Below are positions 22,296 to 33,342 of a stretch of DNA of 47,897 nucleotides, in pieces. Where the stretch lies: assembly GCA_965369445.1 (NCBI GenBank), contig CBDUQU010000003.1, positions 1 through 47,897 on the forward strand. The letters are read 5' to 3'. Source of the stretch: an uncultured bacterium (GTDB lineage: Bacteria > Zixibacteria > MSB-5A5 > SM1-73). Made by a program: the position numbers and the translations under genes. Under the pieces are notes generated by a model that was not told the origin of the DNA, did no database searches, and was given only the letters and a program-made list of their open reading frames with translations. The first letter of the stretch is position 1. Each line of letters starts with the position of its first letter.

Positions 22296-22341
22296 GCAGT
22301 TTGCAGTAGGCAGTACACAGTACACAGTACACAGTACACAG
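22296..22341. repeat. Heptamer tandem array (RCAGTAC)
   Basis: gcagttt gcagtag gcagtac acagtac acagtac acagtac acag, starting 3 bp after the rpsJ stop. Confidence 0.9.
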
Positions 22342-22358
22342 ATTCTCGGAGTCGAAGG

Positions 22359-22985
22359 ATGGAAGGGATCGTCGGAAAAAAGATCGGGATGACCAGAGTG
22401 TTCAACCAGGAGGGGCAAGCCATTGCCGTAACGGTCATAGAGGCAGGACCCTGCCCGGTGGTGCAAGTCAAGACCAAGGAGAGGGAAGGATATGATGCCA
22501 TCCAACTCGGCTTCGGAGAGAAAAGGAAGAAACTCTTTACCCAACCTCTTCTGGGGCATTTCACCAGGGCTAAGGTAGAGCCCAAGAGGATCTTGAAGGA
22601 GATGAGAACGGAGAATTCGGACAAGTTTAAGACAGGACAGGAACTCAAGGTCGACCTCTTTTCCGTGGGTGAGAAGGTCAGTGTCACCGGCATCTCCAAG
22701 GGATTGGGCTTTCAGGGTGTGGTGAGAAGATACAAGTTTCGGGGAGGGCCAAAAACCCACGGACAGTCCGACCGTCTTAGGGCTCCGGGCTCGATAGGTG
22801 GAAGCTCCTATCCCTCTCGCGTGTTCAAGGGTCAAAGAATGCCAGGAAGGATGGGAGGGGAGAAGTTGACCATCAAGAATTTAGAGGTCGTGGGAGTGGA
22901 CGCAGAGAAAAATCTGCTTCTGCTCAAAGGAGCGGTTCCGGGCAAGAGGAATTCATATTTGACCATAAGAAAATCTTCAGTCTAA
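22359..22985 (+). CDS. rplC: 50S ribosomal protein L3
   Basis: GKKIGMT, SKGLGFQG, RAPGSIG. Confidence 0.98.
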   Translation: MEGIVGKKIGMTRVFNQEGQAIAVTVIEAGPCPVVQVKTKEREGYDAIQLGFGEKRKKLFTQPLLGHFTRAKVEPKRILKEMRTENSDKFKTGQELKVDLFSVGEKVSVTGISKGLGFQGVVRRYKFRGGPKTHGQSDRLRAPGSIGGSSYPSRVFKGQRMPGRMGGEKLTIKNLEVVGVDAEKNLLLLKGAVPGKRNSYLTIRKSSV

Positions 22986-22994
22986 AGGAAGGTT

Positions 22995-23624
22995 ATGCTC
23001 AGCGCGGTGGTATTTGATCAGGAAGGAAATGAAAAAGATACGTTGGCTCTAAAGGAGGAGCTTTTCGGGCAGACTCCGCATCTCCCATCCATTCACCAGT
23101 ACGTGAAGGCCTATCAGGCCAACCAGAGTCAGGGCACGGTGAAGAAGAAGACCCGGATGGAGGTGAGAGGAGGAGGCGCCAAGCCCTGGCGGCAGAAGGG
23201 GACCGGGCGTGCTCGAGCGGGATCCAACACCTCTCCTCTCTGGGTGGGTGGAGGAAGAGCCTTCCCTCCCAGGCCGGGCCACCATCACGTTGAGATCCCC
23301 AGGAAGATGAAGCGCAGAGCACTGATCTCGGCGCTCTCGTCCGTAGCCTCCGAGAACAGGGTAAAGATCGTCGAAGGGATCAGCCTGGAGGCTCCCAAGA
23401 CCAAGGTTATGGTTGAATTGTTCGACAAGATAGGAACCGGCGGGGCAAAGATCCTTTTCCTTTCCGAAGGAAAAGACGAGAATCTGCAAAAGTCTGTAAG
23501 AAACTTGAAGAATCTGGTGTTTAAACGAGCGCGTCTGGTCAATCCTTATGATCTTCTCATCTGCGATTTTTTGGTTATGACCAAGAAGGCCTTAGACAGC
23601 TTGACGGAGGTGTTTGCCGCATGA
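22995..23624 (+). CDS. rplD: 50S ribosomal protein L4
   Basis: KPWRQKGTGRARAG. Confidence 0.97.
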   Translation: MLSAVVFDQEGNEKDTLALKEELFGQTPHLPSIHQYVKAYQANQSQGTVKKKTRMEVRGGGAKPWRQKGTGRARAGSNTSPLWVGGGRAFPPRPGHHHVEIPRKMKRRALISALSSVASENRVKIVEGISLEAPKTKVMVELFDKIGTGGAKILFLSEGKDENLQKSVRNLKNLVFKRARLVNPYDLLICDFLVMTKKALDSLTEVFAA

Positions 23625-23911
23625 AGGAGGCGAGACAGGTTATAATAATGCCCCTGGTATCGGAGAAGAACACGAATCTGCGTGTGGACCAGAATAAGTA
23701 CGTCTTCCGGGTGGACATTGAGGCAAACAAACTCCAGATAAGGAATGCAGTGGAAGAGCTTTTCAAAGTCAGGGTGGAGGATGTGACCACCATGAGGATG
23801 CACGGTAAGCCCAAAAGAATGGGAAGATTTGAAGGAAGACGGCCAGATTGGAAAAAGGCCGTGGTCCAGCTGAAAAAAGGGGAAACCATAGAGCTTTTCG
23901 AGAACGTGTAG
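23621..23911 (+). CDS. rplW: 50S ribosomal protein L23
   Basis: PLVSEK, WKKAVV; ATGA overlap with rplD. Confidence 0.97.
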   Translation: MKEARQVIIMPLVSEKNTNLRVDQNKYVFRVDIEANKLQIRNAVEELFKVRVEDVTTMRMHGKPKRMGRFEGRRPDWKKAVVQLKKGETIELFENV

Positions 23912-23981
23912 GCGAAGTCAGCCAGAGTTCGCGGTGATGCCTTTTAAAAAGAGATTCTTTATTTTCTATAGGTAAAACGAT

Positions 23982-24806
23982 ATGGCCATAAAGTCGTTCA
24001 AGCCGGTTACACCATCTTCGAGATTCAGAACCGTTTCGACCTTTGAGGAGATAACCCGCACCACTCCGGAGAAGTCGCTTTTGGTTCCTTTGAAAAAGCA
24101 CGGCGGCCGAAACAACCAGGGAAGGATTACCTGCCGGTACCGGGGTGGAGGCAGCAAGAGGTTTTTGAGGATCCTGGATTTCAGAAGAGACAAGCTGAAC
24201 ATCCCGGCAAAGGTGGCCACTATCGAATATGATCCCAACCGCTCTGCCCGCATAGCACTTCTGCATTACGCGGACGGGGAAAAAAGATACATCATAGCTC
24301 CCCTGGATGTGAAGGTGGGAAACGTCCTGACGGCGGGCGAGGATGTGGAGATAAGGCCGGGAAACGCCATGCCCTTGGGGAAGATCCCCCAGGGAACCAT
24401 GATCCACAACGTGGAGTTGAAGAGAGGAAAAGGCGCCCAGATTGCCAGGGGAGCAGGAACCTATGCCCAACTGGTGGCCAAGGAGGGAAAATTCGGCCAC
24501 GTGCGGCTTCCCTCCGGAGAAGTGCGGCTGGTAAGGCTGGAGTGTTATGCCACCATCGGGCAGGTGGGCAACTTAGATCACGAGAACATCAGTTACGGAA
24601 AGGCGGGCAAGTCCAGGTGGCTGGGCAGGAGGCCCAAAGTGAGGGGAGTGGCAAAAAACCCGGTGGATCACCCCATGGGCGGAGGAGAGGGAAGATCGTC
24701 CGGAGGCAGACATCCATGCACCCCCTGGGGAAAGATCACCAAGGGTTTGAAAACCAGAAAGAAGAAGCCCTCAGATAAGCTGATCGTCAAAAAAAGGAAA
24801 AAGTAG
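23982..24806 (+). CDS. rplB: 50S ribosomal protein L2
   Basis: [20 protein letters not shown]. Confidence 0.98.
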   Translation: MAIKSFKPVTPSSRFRTVSTFEEITRTTPEKSLLVPLKKHGGRNNQGRITCRYRGGGSKRFLRILDFRRDKLNIPAKVATIEYDPNRSARIALLHYADGEKRYIIAPLDVKVGNVLTAGEDVEIRPGNAMPLGKIPQGTMIHNVELKRGKGAQIARGAGTYAQLVAKEGKFGHVRLPSGEVRLVRLECYATIGQVGNLDHENISYGKAGKSRWLGRRPKVRGVAKNPVDHPMGGGEGRSSGGRHPCTPWGKITKGLKTRKKKPSDKLIVKKRKK

Positions 24807-24873
24807 GTAGCTGAAGGCCGGGGTGAAAGAAGTCTTAAGATTAACCGTAAGCGTACCGGAGGTGGATTAAAAG

Positions 24874-25161
24874 ATGGCAAGGTCCTTAAAGAAAGGCCCC
24901 TTCGTGGATGAGCATCTTTCCAGGAAGGTTGAGGCGATGAACGAGTCGCGAGAAAAAAGGGTAATCAAGACCTGGTCCAGGCGATCCACCATAACCCCGG
25001 ATTTCGTGGGACATACGATAGCCGTTCACAACGGCAACAAGTTCATTCCGGTCTATATCTCGGAGAACATGGTGGGACACAAGCTGGGAGAGTTTTCTCC
25101 CACCAGGATCTTCCGGGGTCACTCCGGAAGGATCACGGAGAGATCCACCTCTTTGAAGTAA
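24874..25161 (+). CDS. rpsS: 30S ribosomal protein S19
   Basis: [23 protein letters not shown]. Confidence 0.98.
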   Translation: MARSLKKGPFVDEHLSRKVEAMNESREKRVIKTWSRRSTITPDFVGHTIAVHNGNKFIPVYISENMVGHKLGEFSPTRIFRGHSGRITERSTSLK

Positions 25162-25217
25162 GTCTGCCAGAGAGAAGAGGGTTAGCGTGAGCTTAAAGAG
25201 GCCGCGAGGAAAAGATC

Positions 25218-25568
25218 ATGGAAGCCAAAGCCAGAGCAAGGTTCGTTAGAGGGTCGGCCCGTAAAGTGAGAAGGGTGGCGGATCTGGTCAGGGGAAAGAA
25301 CGTGGAGGAGGCGCTGAACATTCTCACCTTCACTCCCAAGGCGGCCGCTTTGGTCTTGGAGAAGGTTTTGAAGTCCGCCACCGCCAATGCCCTGAGCGTG
25401 GAAGGGACGGCGAAACTCAAGGCGGAGGACCTTAGGATAAAAAGGATACTGGTTGATGGCGGCCCCATCATGAAGAGAATCAGAGCCATGGGGATGGGGA
25501 GAGCGTTTAGAATAAGGAAAAGAACCAATCATATCACCATAGTGGTGTCTGACGCCAAGGAGGAATAA
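25218..25568 (+). CDS. rplV: 50S ribosomal protein L22
   Basis: [23 protein letters not shown]. Confidence 0.97.
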   Translation: MEAKARARFVRGSARKVRRVADLVRGKNVEEALNILTFTPKAAALVLEKVLKSATANALSVEGTAKLKAEDLRIKRILVDGGPIMKRIRAMGMGRAFRIRKRTNHITIVVSDAKEE

Positions 25569-25713
25569 GCGACAGGTGGAAAGCAGGTTAAGAAACTGCA
25601 ACTCTTGGTCAGGCAAACAAGCTCCTGGACAGAGAATATTGGGTGAAGTGAGTAACCCAAAAACAATGAGGAGAAAGAGCGAGATTTAAGAGGCAAATTC
25701 GAAGGAGGCGTAG

Positions 25714-26469
25714 TTGGGACAGAAGACCCACCCTGTAGGATTCAGGCTAGGTATCATCAGAACCTGGAGTTCCAGATGGTTCTCCGACAAGAAGTTCGCT
25801 GATCTTCTCCAGGAGGACCTGATGATCCGGAGATATACCGAGAAGAGGCTGGAACACGCCGGTATATCGGCGGTGGACATCGTCAGGGCTCCCCGAAAGG
25901 TTACTTTAGACATTCATACTGCCAGGCCGGGGATCGTGATCGGAAGGAAAGGGGCGGAGGTGGACAAGCTCAAAGAGGAACTCCAGCTGATCACCAAGAA
26001 GGAAGTGGCCATCAACATCATAGAGGTGAAGAAACCTGAGCTTTCCGCCAAGCTGGTAGCGGGCAGCATCGCCAAGCAGTTGGAGGGAAGGGTCTCCTTC
26101 AGGAGGGCCATGAAGAAGTCCATCACCTCCGCGATGAAATCAGGGTCTCAGGGAATAAAGATCTCCTGTGGAGGAAGATTGGGTGGTGCGGAGATAGCCC
26201 GCACGGAAAAATACATGGAGGGGAGAGTTCCGCTGCATACCCTTCGTGCCGATATCGATTACGCCACCGCCACTGCCCACACGACTTATGGGTGCATCGG
26301 GGTGAAAGTGTGGATCTTCAAAGGAGAGGTTCTGGCATCGAAGGAGGAGATTCCCCCCAGGGAGGAAGCCCCGGAAAGAAAACCATCCAGGGAAGCGCGA
26401 TTGGCTGAAGGGCGGGGGAAAAAGGGGGAGAGGAAGAGACGTCGGAGGAAGTCCAAGAAAGAAGATTAA
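25714..26469 (+). CDS. rpsC: 30S ribosomal protein S3
   Basis: [32 protein letters not shown]; basic C-terminal tail. Confidence 0.98.
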   Translation: MGQKTHPVGFRLGIIRTWSSRWFSDKKFADLLQEDLMIRRYTEKRLEHAGISAVDIVRAPRKVTLDIHTARPGIVIGRKGAEVDKLKEELQLITKKEVAINIIEVKKPELSAKLVAGSIAKQLEGRVSFRRAMKKSITSAMKSGSQGIKISCGGRLGGAEIARTEKYMEGRVPLHTLRADIDYATATAHTTYGCIGVKVWIFKGEVLASKEEIPPREEAPERKPSREARLAEGRGKKGERKRRRRKSKKED

Positions 26470-26503
26470 CGGCGGAAGAATCGATTGAACTGGAGCATGT
26501 TCT

Positions 26504-26917
26504 ATGTTGATGCCCAAGAGAGTTAAGTATCGCAAGCAGCAGCGCGGCAGGAGAAGGGGCAAGGCTTACCGGGGATCCGAGATAAACTTCGGGGAATTCG
26601 GCATAAAAGCCTTGGAGCCGGCCTGGCTAACAAACAGGCAGATCGAGGCGGCCCGAGTGGCCGTCACCCGGCATATTAAGAGGGGAGGCAAGGTGTGGAT
26701 TCGCATATTTCCCCATAAGCCGGTCACGGTCAAGCCTGCCGAGACTCGAATGGGAAAGGGCAAAGGTGCTCCCGATCACTGGGTGGCTGTGGTGAAGCCG
26801 GGAAGGATTCTGTTTGAACTGGAAGGCGTCACTCAGCAACTTGCCCGGGAGGCGCTGGATTTAGCATCGGCCAAGCTTCCCATAAAGACGAAATTCGTAA
26901 CCAGAGCTTCTATATAG
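26504..26917 (+). CDS. rplP: 50S ribosomal protein L16
   Basis: [18 protein letters not shown]. Confidence 0.98.
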   Translation: MLMPKRVKYRKQQRGRRRGKAYRGSEINFGEFGIKALEPAWLTNRQIEAARVAVTRHIKRGGKVWIRIFPHKPVTVKPAETRMGKGKGAPDHWVAVVKPGRILFELEGVTQQLAREALDLASAKLPIKTKFVTRASI

Positions 26918-26946
26918 AAGTCTTAGAAGGAACGTCGTACAAGGAC

Positions 26947-27189
26947 ATGAAAAAAGAACAGATGCGAGAGCGGACCCGAGAGGAGCTCCTCCAGAGAAAA
27001 TCGGAGTTGGAGGAGGAGCAGTTCAATCTGAGGTTGCAGAAGGCCAGCAAGGAGCTGGACAATCCCCTGAGGCTGAGGGCCCTGAGAAGGGAACTGGCGC
27101 GGATAAATACCATTCTAAAGGAGGACGAGTTGAAGATTCGCCCCTTGGCCCAGGTGGAGAAGGAAACCAGCTCCACTGAGCAGAAATAG
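26947..27189 (+). CDS. rpmC: 50S ribosomal protein L29
   Basis: FNLRLQ, RRELARINT; synteny. Confidence 0.94.
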   Translation: MKKEQMRERTREELLQRKSELEEEQFNLRLQKASKELDNPLRLRALRRELARINTILKEDELKIRPLAQVEKETSSTEQK

Positions 27190-27201
27190 GAGTAGGAGAC
27201 A

Positions 27202-27456
27202 GTGGAGAGGAACAAGCGCAAGGTGAGGGAGGGTTGGGTGGTCTCGAACCGGATGGATAAGACCATCGTGGTGGCAGTGGAGAGGCGTTTCCGGCATCCC
27301 AGGTACGAGAAGATCATCCGGAGAACCTCCAAGCTTTATGCTCACGACGGTAAGAACGAATGCACGATTGGCGACAAGGTAAAGGTGATGGAGTCCCGAC
27401 CGCTCTCCAAACTGAAGAGGTGGAGGCTGGTGCAGGTTTTGGAGAAGGCCAAATGA
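27202..27456 (+). CDS. rpsQ: 30S ribosomal protein S17
   Basis: [21 protein letters not shown]. Confidence 0.97.
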   Translation: MERNKRKVREGWVVSNRMDKTIVVAVERRFRHPRYEKIIRRTSKLYAHDGKNECTIGDKVKVMESRPLSKLKRWRLVQVLEKAK

Positions 27457-27502
27457 GCAGGAAGGTCAGCTGTCCGCTGAGCCGGTGAAGGGATGATGAG
27501 AG

Positions 27503-27871
27503 ATGATCAGAGAATATTCGACCTTAGTTGTTGCTGATAACTCCGGCGCGAAGAAGGTGATGTGCTTCCGGGTGCTGGGAGGAACTAAAAGAAGATATGC
27601 CCGGGTGGGCGACGTGATCGTGGTAACGGTCAAGGATGCCATCCCCGGCGGAACCGTCAAAAAATCAGAAGTCTGCCGGGCAGTAGTGGTCAGGACCACC
27701 CGCGAGACCAGACGAAAGGACGGATCATACATCAGATTCTCTGATAATGCGGCCGTGATCATAAACGAACTCAACGAGCCCAGAGGTACCAGAATATTTG
27801 GGCCGGTGGCGCGAGAATTGAGAGAAAAACACTTCATGAAGATAGTATCCTTAGCTCCGGAGGTGCTCTAA
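27503..27871 (+). CDS. rplN: 50S ribosomal protein L14
   Basis: [26 protein letters not shown]. Confidence 0.98.
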   Translation: MIREYSTLVVADNSGAKKVMCFRVLGGTKRRYARVGDVIVVTVKDAIPGGTVKKSEVCRAVVVRTTRETRRKDGSYIRFSDNAAVIINELNEPRGTRIFGPVARELREKHFMKIVSLAPEVL

Positions 27872-27947
27872 AGCTTGAGGCCGGCAGCCTGACGCTCTTT
27901 TCGTTTGCTGGCTAAAAGGCACTGAAAGGACCTGAACGGATGATGAG

Positions 27948-28271
27948 ATGAAAATTAAGAAGGGTGATACAGTCTTAGTTATTGCCGGAGACGACAAAGG
28001 AAAGACCGGGAAGGTGCTCAAGGTTTTTCCGAACAAGAGTCGGGTCATCGTGGAAGGGGTGAACTTCATCAAGCGGCACACGCGGCAAACTCAGAGAGCT
28101 CAAAAAGGCGGCATAATCGAGAAGGAGGGGACGGTGCACGTCTCCAATCTCATGCTTTTCTGTCCCAAGTGCTCCTCCCCCACCAAGGTGGCCCATAAGA
28201 TTCTGAAAGGGGAGGCGGGCGGAGAGCGAAACAAAGTCAGAATTTGCCGAAAGTGCGGAGAGTTGGTATAA
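27948..28271 (+). CDS. rplX: 50S ribosomal protein L24
   Basis: IKKGDTVLVIAG KOW motif, HVSN, CPKC and CRKC. Confidence 0.97.
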   Translation: MKIKKGDTVLVIAGDDKGKTGKVLKVFPNKSRVIVEGVNFIKRHTRQTQRAQKGGIIEKEGTVHVSNLMLFCPKCSSPTKVAHKILKGEAGGERNKVRICRKCGELV

Positions 28272-28339
28272 AGCAGATCAAATTCCTTGGAGGTTCTTTC
28301 GATTAAGATTCGTGAACGCAGGAAAGAAGAGAAAAAGAC

Positions 28340-28885
28340 ATGGCCATACTGCGAATAAAAGAGAAGTATAAGAAGGAGACGGTGCCCGTTCTGATGAAGA
28401 GGTTCGGGTACCAGAACGTGATGCAGGTGCCCAGACTGGAGAAGATCGTGGTCAACGTGGGGGTGGGAGAGGCCATTCAGAACATGAAGCTTCTGGATGC
28501 CATCTCGGCCGATCTGGCCGCCATAACCGGACAGAGGCCGGTGGTCCGGCGGGCCAAAAAGGCGATCTCCAACTTCAAGCTCAGGGCAGGTATGCCCATC
28601 GGCTGTGCGGTCACCTTGCGCCAGAGGAGGATGTACGAGTTCTTTGATCGACTGGTGAACATAGCCATCCCGCGAATCCGCGATTTCCGGGGGACCTCGC
28701 CCAACTCCTTCGATGGTAGAGGAAACTATAACCTGGGAATTACGGAGCAGATAATCTTCCCGGAGATAGACTACGATAAGGTGGAGAAGATCATGGGAAT
28801 GAACGTCACCATCGTCACCACCGCCAGAACAGACGAGGAGGGATTCGAGCTGTTGAAGAATCTGGGAGTGCCGTTCAGGGGGTAG
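28340..28885 (+). CDS. rplE: 50S ribosomal protein L5
   Basis: [20 protein letters not shown]. Confidence 0.98.
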   Translation: MAILRIKEKYKKETVPVLMKRFGYQNVMQVPRLEKIVVNVGVGEAIQNMKLLDAISADLAAITGQRPVVRRAKKAISNFKLRAGMPIGCAVTLRQRRMYEFFDRLVNIAIPRIRDFRGTSPNSFDGRGNYNLGITEQIIFPEIDYDKVEKIMGMNVTIVTTARTDEEGFELLKNLGVPFRG

Positions 28886-28966
28886 GAGTTATATAGAGGA
28901 AGCATGAAGTCTTTCGACCTCTCGGAGTTATAGACTGAGAATCTTCAAGCTATTTTAGGAGAACAT

Positions 28967-29152
28967 TTGGCCAAGACCTGTTTGATAGAGAAATCCAAAA
29001 GGAAGCCCAAGTTCCCGGTGCGCAGGCATAACAGGTGCAGTCGCTGCGGAAGACCCCGGGGATATATGCGGGATTTTGGATTATGCCGCATCTGCTTCAG
29101 AGAGCTGGCGCTGAAAGGGGAGATCCCCGGCGTGGTGAAGGCCAGCTGGTGA
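28967..29152 (+). CDS. rpsN: 30S ribosomal protein S14 type Z
   Basis: 61 aa, CSRC and [12 protein letters not shown]. Confidence 0.97.
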   Translation: MAKTCLIEKSKRKPKFPVRRHNRCSRCGRPRGYMRDFGLCRICFRELALKGEIPGVVKASW

Positions 29153-29215
29153 AATGAGGCAAGCCCTAGAAGTCAGGATTTTAACCGTCTCTAAGAAATT
29201 GGGAAGGACCCGTTC

Positions 29216-29614
29216 ATGAAGAGTACCGATCCTCTGGCTGATTTGTTGACCAGAATAAGGAATGCATGCAGGGCGAAACACAAGAAGGTGGACATACCCT
29301 CCTCCAAGATCAAGAGGAGCATCGCCCGGCTGCTTCTGGAGCACAACTTCATACAGAACCTAGTGGAGGTGGAGGATAACAAGCAGAACCTCCTGCGCAT
29401 CTTCTTAAAATACGATTACGAGAACAGGAGCTTCATCACCGGGCTTCGCCGAATAAGCAAGCCCAGCTTGAGAATCTACGCGGGCCAGAAGGACTTAGGT
29501 AGGATGAGAAGGGAGGTAGGGCTGACCATCCTCTCAACCTCCAAGGGCATCCTGACCCATCGTCAGGCCCGCGAGGCCCAGGTGGGAGGAGAAGTCCTTC
29601 TGAAGGTCTGGTGA
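29216..29614 (+). CDS. rpsH: 30S ribosomal protein S8
   Basis: TDPLADLLTRIRNA, STSKGI, GGEVL. Confidence 0.97.
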   Translation: MKSTDPLADLLTRIRNACRAKHKKVDIPSSKIKRSIARLLLEHNFIQNLVEVEDNKQNLLRIFLKYDYENRSFITGLRRISKPSLRIYAGQKDLGRMRREVGLTILSTSKGILTHRQAREAQVGGEVLLKVW

Positions 29615-29655
29615 TCCTTTAAGCAGCTGTTCTTCAGCGCGGTCGAAAGGAGATA

Positions 29656-30192
29656 ATGAGTAGAGTTGGGAAAAAGCCAGTGCCTATTCCCGGAGAGGTC
29701 TCGGCCAAAATTGAGGGGAGCCGTATTACGGTGACCGGGCCTAAAGGGGAGTTGAGCCAGATGATCCATCCATCCATGACGGTGGAGTTGGCCGGGAACG
29801 AGTTGGTGGTCAACCGGCCGTCGGAGACCAAGTTTCACAAGTCGCTGCACGGCTTGACCCGGTCGTTGATCGCCAACATGGTGATTGGTGTGACCACCGG
29901 ATATGAGAAGTCCCTTGAGATTCAGGGTGTCGGATATAAGGCCGTGCTGGCGGGGAAAAAACTTAACCTCTCCCTGGGCTTGTCACATCCGGTGCTGTTG
30001 AGCCTGCCCGAGGGGATTAAGGTAGAGCTGAATGGGCCCAGTAAGATCAAGGTTTCCGGGATAGACAAGCAGCTGGTAGGATTGGTGGCGGCCAAAATTA
30101 GATCCTTCCGACCACCTGAGCCTTATAAGGGCAAGGGAATACGGTATGAAGGAGAGATTGTACGAAAGAAAGCCGGTAAGACGGCGACCTAA
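29656..30192 (+). CDS. rplF: 50S ribosomal protein L6
   Basis: SRVGK, GVGYK, PEPYKGKGIRY. Confidence 0.98.
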   Translation: MSRVGKKPVPIPGEVSAKIEGSRITVTGPKGELSQMIHPSMTVELAGNELVVNRPSETKFHKSLHGLTRSLIANMVIGVTTGYEKSLEIQGVGYKAVLAGKKLNLSLGLSHPVLLSLPEGIKVELNGPSKIKVSGIDKQLVGLVAAKIRSFRPPEPYKGKGIRYEGEIVRKKAGKTAT

Positions 30193-30228
30193 GACGTTGC
30201 TGCTATAGTTTCACTGACGGAGAGAGGC

Positions 30229-30603
30229 ATGCTTAGACAGGAGAGACAACGGAAGAATAGACTGACCAGGCGTCGAAAAAGAGTGAGGAAGAAGATATTC
30301 GGAACCCCGGAGAGACCCCGGCTGTGCGTCTACAGAAGCCTACGGCAGATATACGCTCAGTTGGTGGATGATCAGGGTGGCCGAACCCTAACCGGGATTT
30401 CCAGCCTTGCCGCGGAGGTCAGATCCCAAATCAAACCGGAGGATTCCAAGTCCTCGGTAAGCAAGAAAGTCGGACTACGTCTAGCCCAAAAGGCAAAAGA
30501 GAGAGGGATAGGTCGTGTGGTGTTCGACCGGAACCGATATCCGTACCATGGAAGGATCAAATCTCTGGCTGAAGGAGCCAGAGAGGGAGGATTGAGGTTT
30601 TGA
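30229..30603 (+). CDS. rplR: 50S ribosomal protein L18
   Basis: RPRLCVYRS, VVFDR, YHGR, AREGGL. Confidence 0.97.
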   Translation: MLRQERQRKNRLTRRRKRVRKKIFGTPERPRLCVYRSLRQIYAQLVDDQGGRTLTGISSLAAEVRSQIKPEDSKSSVSKKVGLRLAQKAKERGIGRVVFDRNRYPYHGRIKSLAEGAREGGLRF

Positions 30604-30697
30604 AGCGTGGCATGAGCCAGGCGTTATGGTTTAGCATTGGAAAGAGATTAGCAGGGTGGTAAGAGAACAACACGGTTTTTTGAGAAAGAGGTGATTA

Positions 30698-31192
30698 TTG
30701 GCAAGATTTGACCAGGAACGAGCTTTAGAGTTTGCGGAGAAGGTGATCTACGTCAATCGAGTGGCCAAGGTAGTCAAGGGAGGTAGGCGATTCTCCTTTA
30801 CCGCCTTAGTTTCGGTTGGAGACCGGAAGGGAAAGGTGGGGGTGGGGCTGGGAAAAGCCAGGGAGGTCTCCCTGGCCATCTCCAAGGGCACGGAGGCGGC
30901 CAAGAAAAACATGATGTCGGTTCCCATGGTGGATGGAACCATTCCACACCCGGTTATAGGGAGATTTGGGGCGGCCAGAGTTCTTCTTAAGCCAGCCTCG
31001 CCCGGCACCGGAGTGATCGCCGGCGGTCCGGTGCGAGCGGTTCTGGAGGCGGCGGGGATTCAGGACGTGCTCACCAAATCCTTGGGTTCCGCCAATCCCC
31101 ATAACGTGGTCAAAGCCACGGTCAACGGCCTTATAAGTCTGGGGATACTCCAGCAAAAAGCTCGGTTGAGAGAGACGGAGTCAAAGAGCTGA
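30698..31192 (+). CDS. rpsE: 30S ribosomal protein S5
   Basis: [22 protein letters not shown]. Confidence 0.98.
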   Translation: MARFDQERALEFAEKVIYVNRVAKVVKGGRRFSFTALVSVGDRKGKVGVGLGKAREVSLAISKGTEAAKKNMMSVPMVDGTIPHPVIGRFGAARVLLKPASPGTGVIAGGPVRAVLEAAGIQDVLTKSLGSANPHNVVKATVNGLISLGILQQKARLRETESKS

Positions 31193-31349
31193 GGCGCTCG
31201 CCTTAAATATAGAAGGGATCGTACCAGGAACGGAAATCACAGCGCTCCGGCAAAACAGACGGAGATTTCTAAGAGTTGATTTTCTGGAGGTCGATAGGTT
31301 CTTTAAAGAAACTCAGCACGGAGATTCTTTCACCGGAGATTAGAAAAAA

Positions 31350-31532
31350 ATGGCTGGCAGGTTAAGGATAACGCAAATCAGAAGCGCCATCGGGCGCGTG
31401 AAAGAGCAGAAGCAAATGGTGAGGGCTCTGGGAATTAAGAGGCTTCACCAGAGCGTGGAGCATGCGGATACCCCTGCAGTGAGAGGGATGATCCAGAAGG
31501 TGAAGCACCTGGTCAAAGTGGAAGAGGTGTAG
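31350..31532 (+). CDS. rpmD: 50S ribosomal protein L30
   Basis: ITQIRSAIG, RGMIQKVKHLV. Confidence 0.96.
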   Translation: MAGRLRITQIRSAIGRVKEQKQMVRALGIKRLHQSVEHADTPAVRGMIQKVKHLVKVEEV

Positions 31533-31533
31533 T

Positions 31534-32028
31534 TTGAAGAGAACAACTGCAAAAACGAAAAGGGTTAGGATCGGTAATCTTCCTGCTCCCCCCGGGTCGG
31601 GGAAGAAAAGAAAGAGAGTAGGGAGAGGACCGGGATCGGGTCACGGAAAGACCTCCACCCGGGGACATAAAGGGCAGCTCTCCCGCTCGGGATCCAAGCG
31701 GAGATCCTGGTTCGAAGGGGGACAGATGCCCCTTCAGAGACGGGTTCCCAAGAGAGGATTCACCAACATATTCAGAAAAGAGTTTCAGGTCGTGAATCTG
31801 TCCGCCCTGTCCAGAGCTCTTGGCAAGAGCGAGGTTTCCGCAGAAGACGTGGTTTCTCCACAAAGGTTGGAGGAGATGGGTTTGATCAAAAAAGCGGACC
31901 TGCCGGTGAAGATCTTAGGTGACGGAGAGATAAAAGGAGCCGCCCTGGTACAGGCAAGCGCTTTCAGCAAGAAGGCCAAGGAGAAGATTGAGGCGGCCGG
32001 TGGCAAGATCGAGGTAGTTAAATGCTGA
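31534..32028 (+). CDS. rplO: 50S ribosomal protein L15
   Basis: RVGRGPGSGHGKT, FEGGQMPL. Confidence 0.97.
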   Translation: MKRTTAKTKRVRIGNLPAPPGSGKKRKRVGRGPGSGHGKTSTRGHKGQLSRSGSKRRSWFEGGQMPLQRRVPKRGFTNIFRKEFQVVNLSALSRALGKSEVSAEDVVSPQRLEEMGLIKKADLPVKILGDGEIKGAALVQASAFSKKAKEKIEAAGGKIEVVKC

Positions 32029-33332
32029 GTACCATAGGAAGCATCTTCAAGATTCCGGAACTCCGGAAGAGAATCCTCTTCACCCTGGCCATCCTGGTGG
32101 TTTATCGCATTGGGGGTCACGTGCCCACCCCGGGCATCGACGCCCAAGCTTTAGGAGAGTTTTTCCGCGGAATGAAGGGCTCGCTTTTCGGCCTGTATGA
32201 CATGTTCGTGGGAGGCGCCTTTCAGAAGGCGACCATCTTCTCCTTAGGGATAATGCCATATATCTCCGCTTCCATTATCATGCAGCTTTTGGGGGCCGTA
32301 ATTCCGTATTTCCAGAAGCTGCAGAAGGAGGGGGAGGAGGGAAGGAGAAAGATCACCCAGTATACCCGTTATGGTACGGTTATGATCGCCGCCATGCAGG
32401 CCCTGGGAACCGCGGTGTTTTTAGAAAGCCTTCAGCCCTCTCCGGGGATATTCGTTGTTCCCAATCCCGGTATAGGCTTTAAGCTGTTGACCATGATCAC
32501 CTTTACCTGCGGGACCATCTTCATCATGTGGCTGGGCGAGCAGATCACCGAAAGGGGAATCGGAAACGGAATCTCGCTGATCATCATGATCGGGGTCATC
32601 GCCCGCCTGCCCAGCGGGGTGGTAGACGAGATACGAATGCTCTTCTTGGGGCAGAGGAACTTCTTCTCCGAGGTTTTCTTAGTCGGCTTGATGGTAGCGG
32701 TGATCGCCGCCATCGTTTTGGTCACCCGGGCTCAGAGGAAGATACCGGTGCAGTATGCCAAAAGGGTGGTCGGGCGAAAGATGTACGGGGGACAATCGAC
32801 CCACATCCCCCTGTCGGTCAACACCGCCGGCATAATCCCCATAATATTCGCCCAGTCGATCATGTTCGCGCCCAGCACCCTCTCCTCCTTTTTTCCCAAC
32901 AGCGACTTCATGCAGAACTTCTCGTTGTGGTTTCAGCCGGGGACCATTCTGTATTCGCTCATGTTCGGGCTTTTGATCATTTTCTTCGCTTACTTTTATA
33001 CCGCCATCGTCTTCAACCCGGTGGATCTGGCGGACAACATGAGGAAATATGGCGGCTTCATACCCGGAATCCGGCCGGGAAAAAGAACCAGCGAGTATAT
33101 CGACCGGGTTCTCACCCGGATAACCCTGCCGGGAGCCACGTTCTTTGCCCTGATCGCCGTACTTCCCTACTTTATGATGAGGGGAATGGGTGTGGAGTTC
33201 TACTTCGGGGGTACCGGTCTGTTGATCGTGGTGGGCGTTGCCTTAGATACGCTTCAGCAGATCGAATCTCATCTTCTGATGAGACACTATGATGGATTTA
33301 TGAAGAAAGGGAGAATAAGAGGAAGGATGTAA
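32022..33332 (+). CDS. secY: Preprotein translocase subunit SecY
   Basis: LGIMPYISASII, GIGNGISL, IPGIRPG; multiple TM segments. Confidence 0.98.
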   Translation: MLSTIGSIFKIPELRKRILFTLAILVVYRIGGHVPTPGIDAQALGEFFRGMKGSLFGLYDMFVGGAFQKATIFSLGIMPYISASIIMQLLGAVIPYFQKLQKEGEEGRRKITQYTRYGTVMIAAMQALGTAVFLESLQPSPGIFVVPNPGIGFKLLTMITFTCGTIFIMWLGEQITERGIGNGISLIIMIGVIARLPSGVVDEIRMLFLGQRNFFSEVFLVGLMVAVIAAIVLVTRAQRKIPVQYAKRVVGRKMYGGQSTHIPLSVNTAGIIPIIFAQSIMFAPSTLSSFFPNSDFMQNFSLWFQPGTILYSLMFGLLIIFFAYFYTAIVFNPVDLADNMRKYGGFIPGIRPGKRTSEYIDRVLTRITLPGATFFALIAVLPYFMMRGMGVEFYFGGTGLLIVVGVALDTLQQIESHLLMRHYDGFMKKGRIRGRM

Positions 33333-33342
33333 AAAGAAGAGT

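Noticed and set aside
32528-33292. 254-aa alternative-frame ORF inside secY, and the many antisense ORFs over rpoB, rpoC, fusA, tuf and r-protein genes
   Set aside because: Shadow ORFs expected from codon bias of conserved genes; no motifs.
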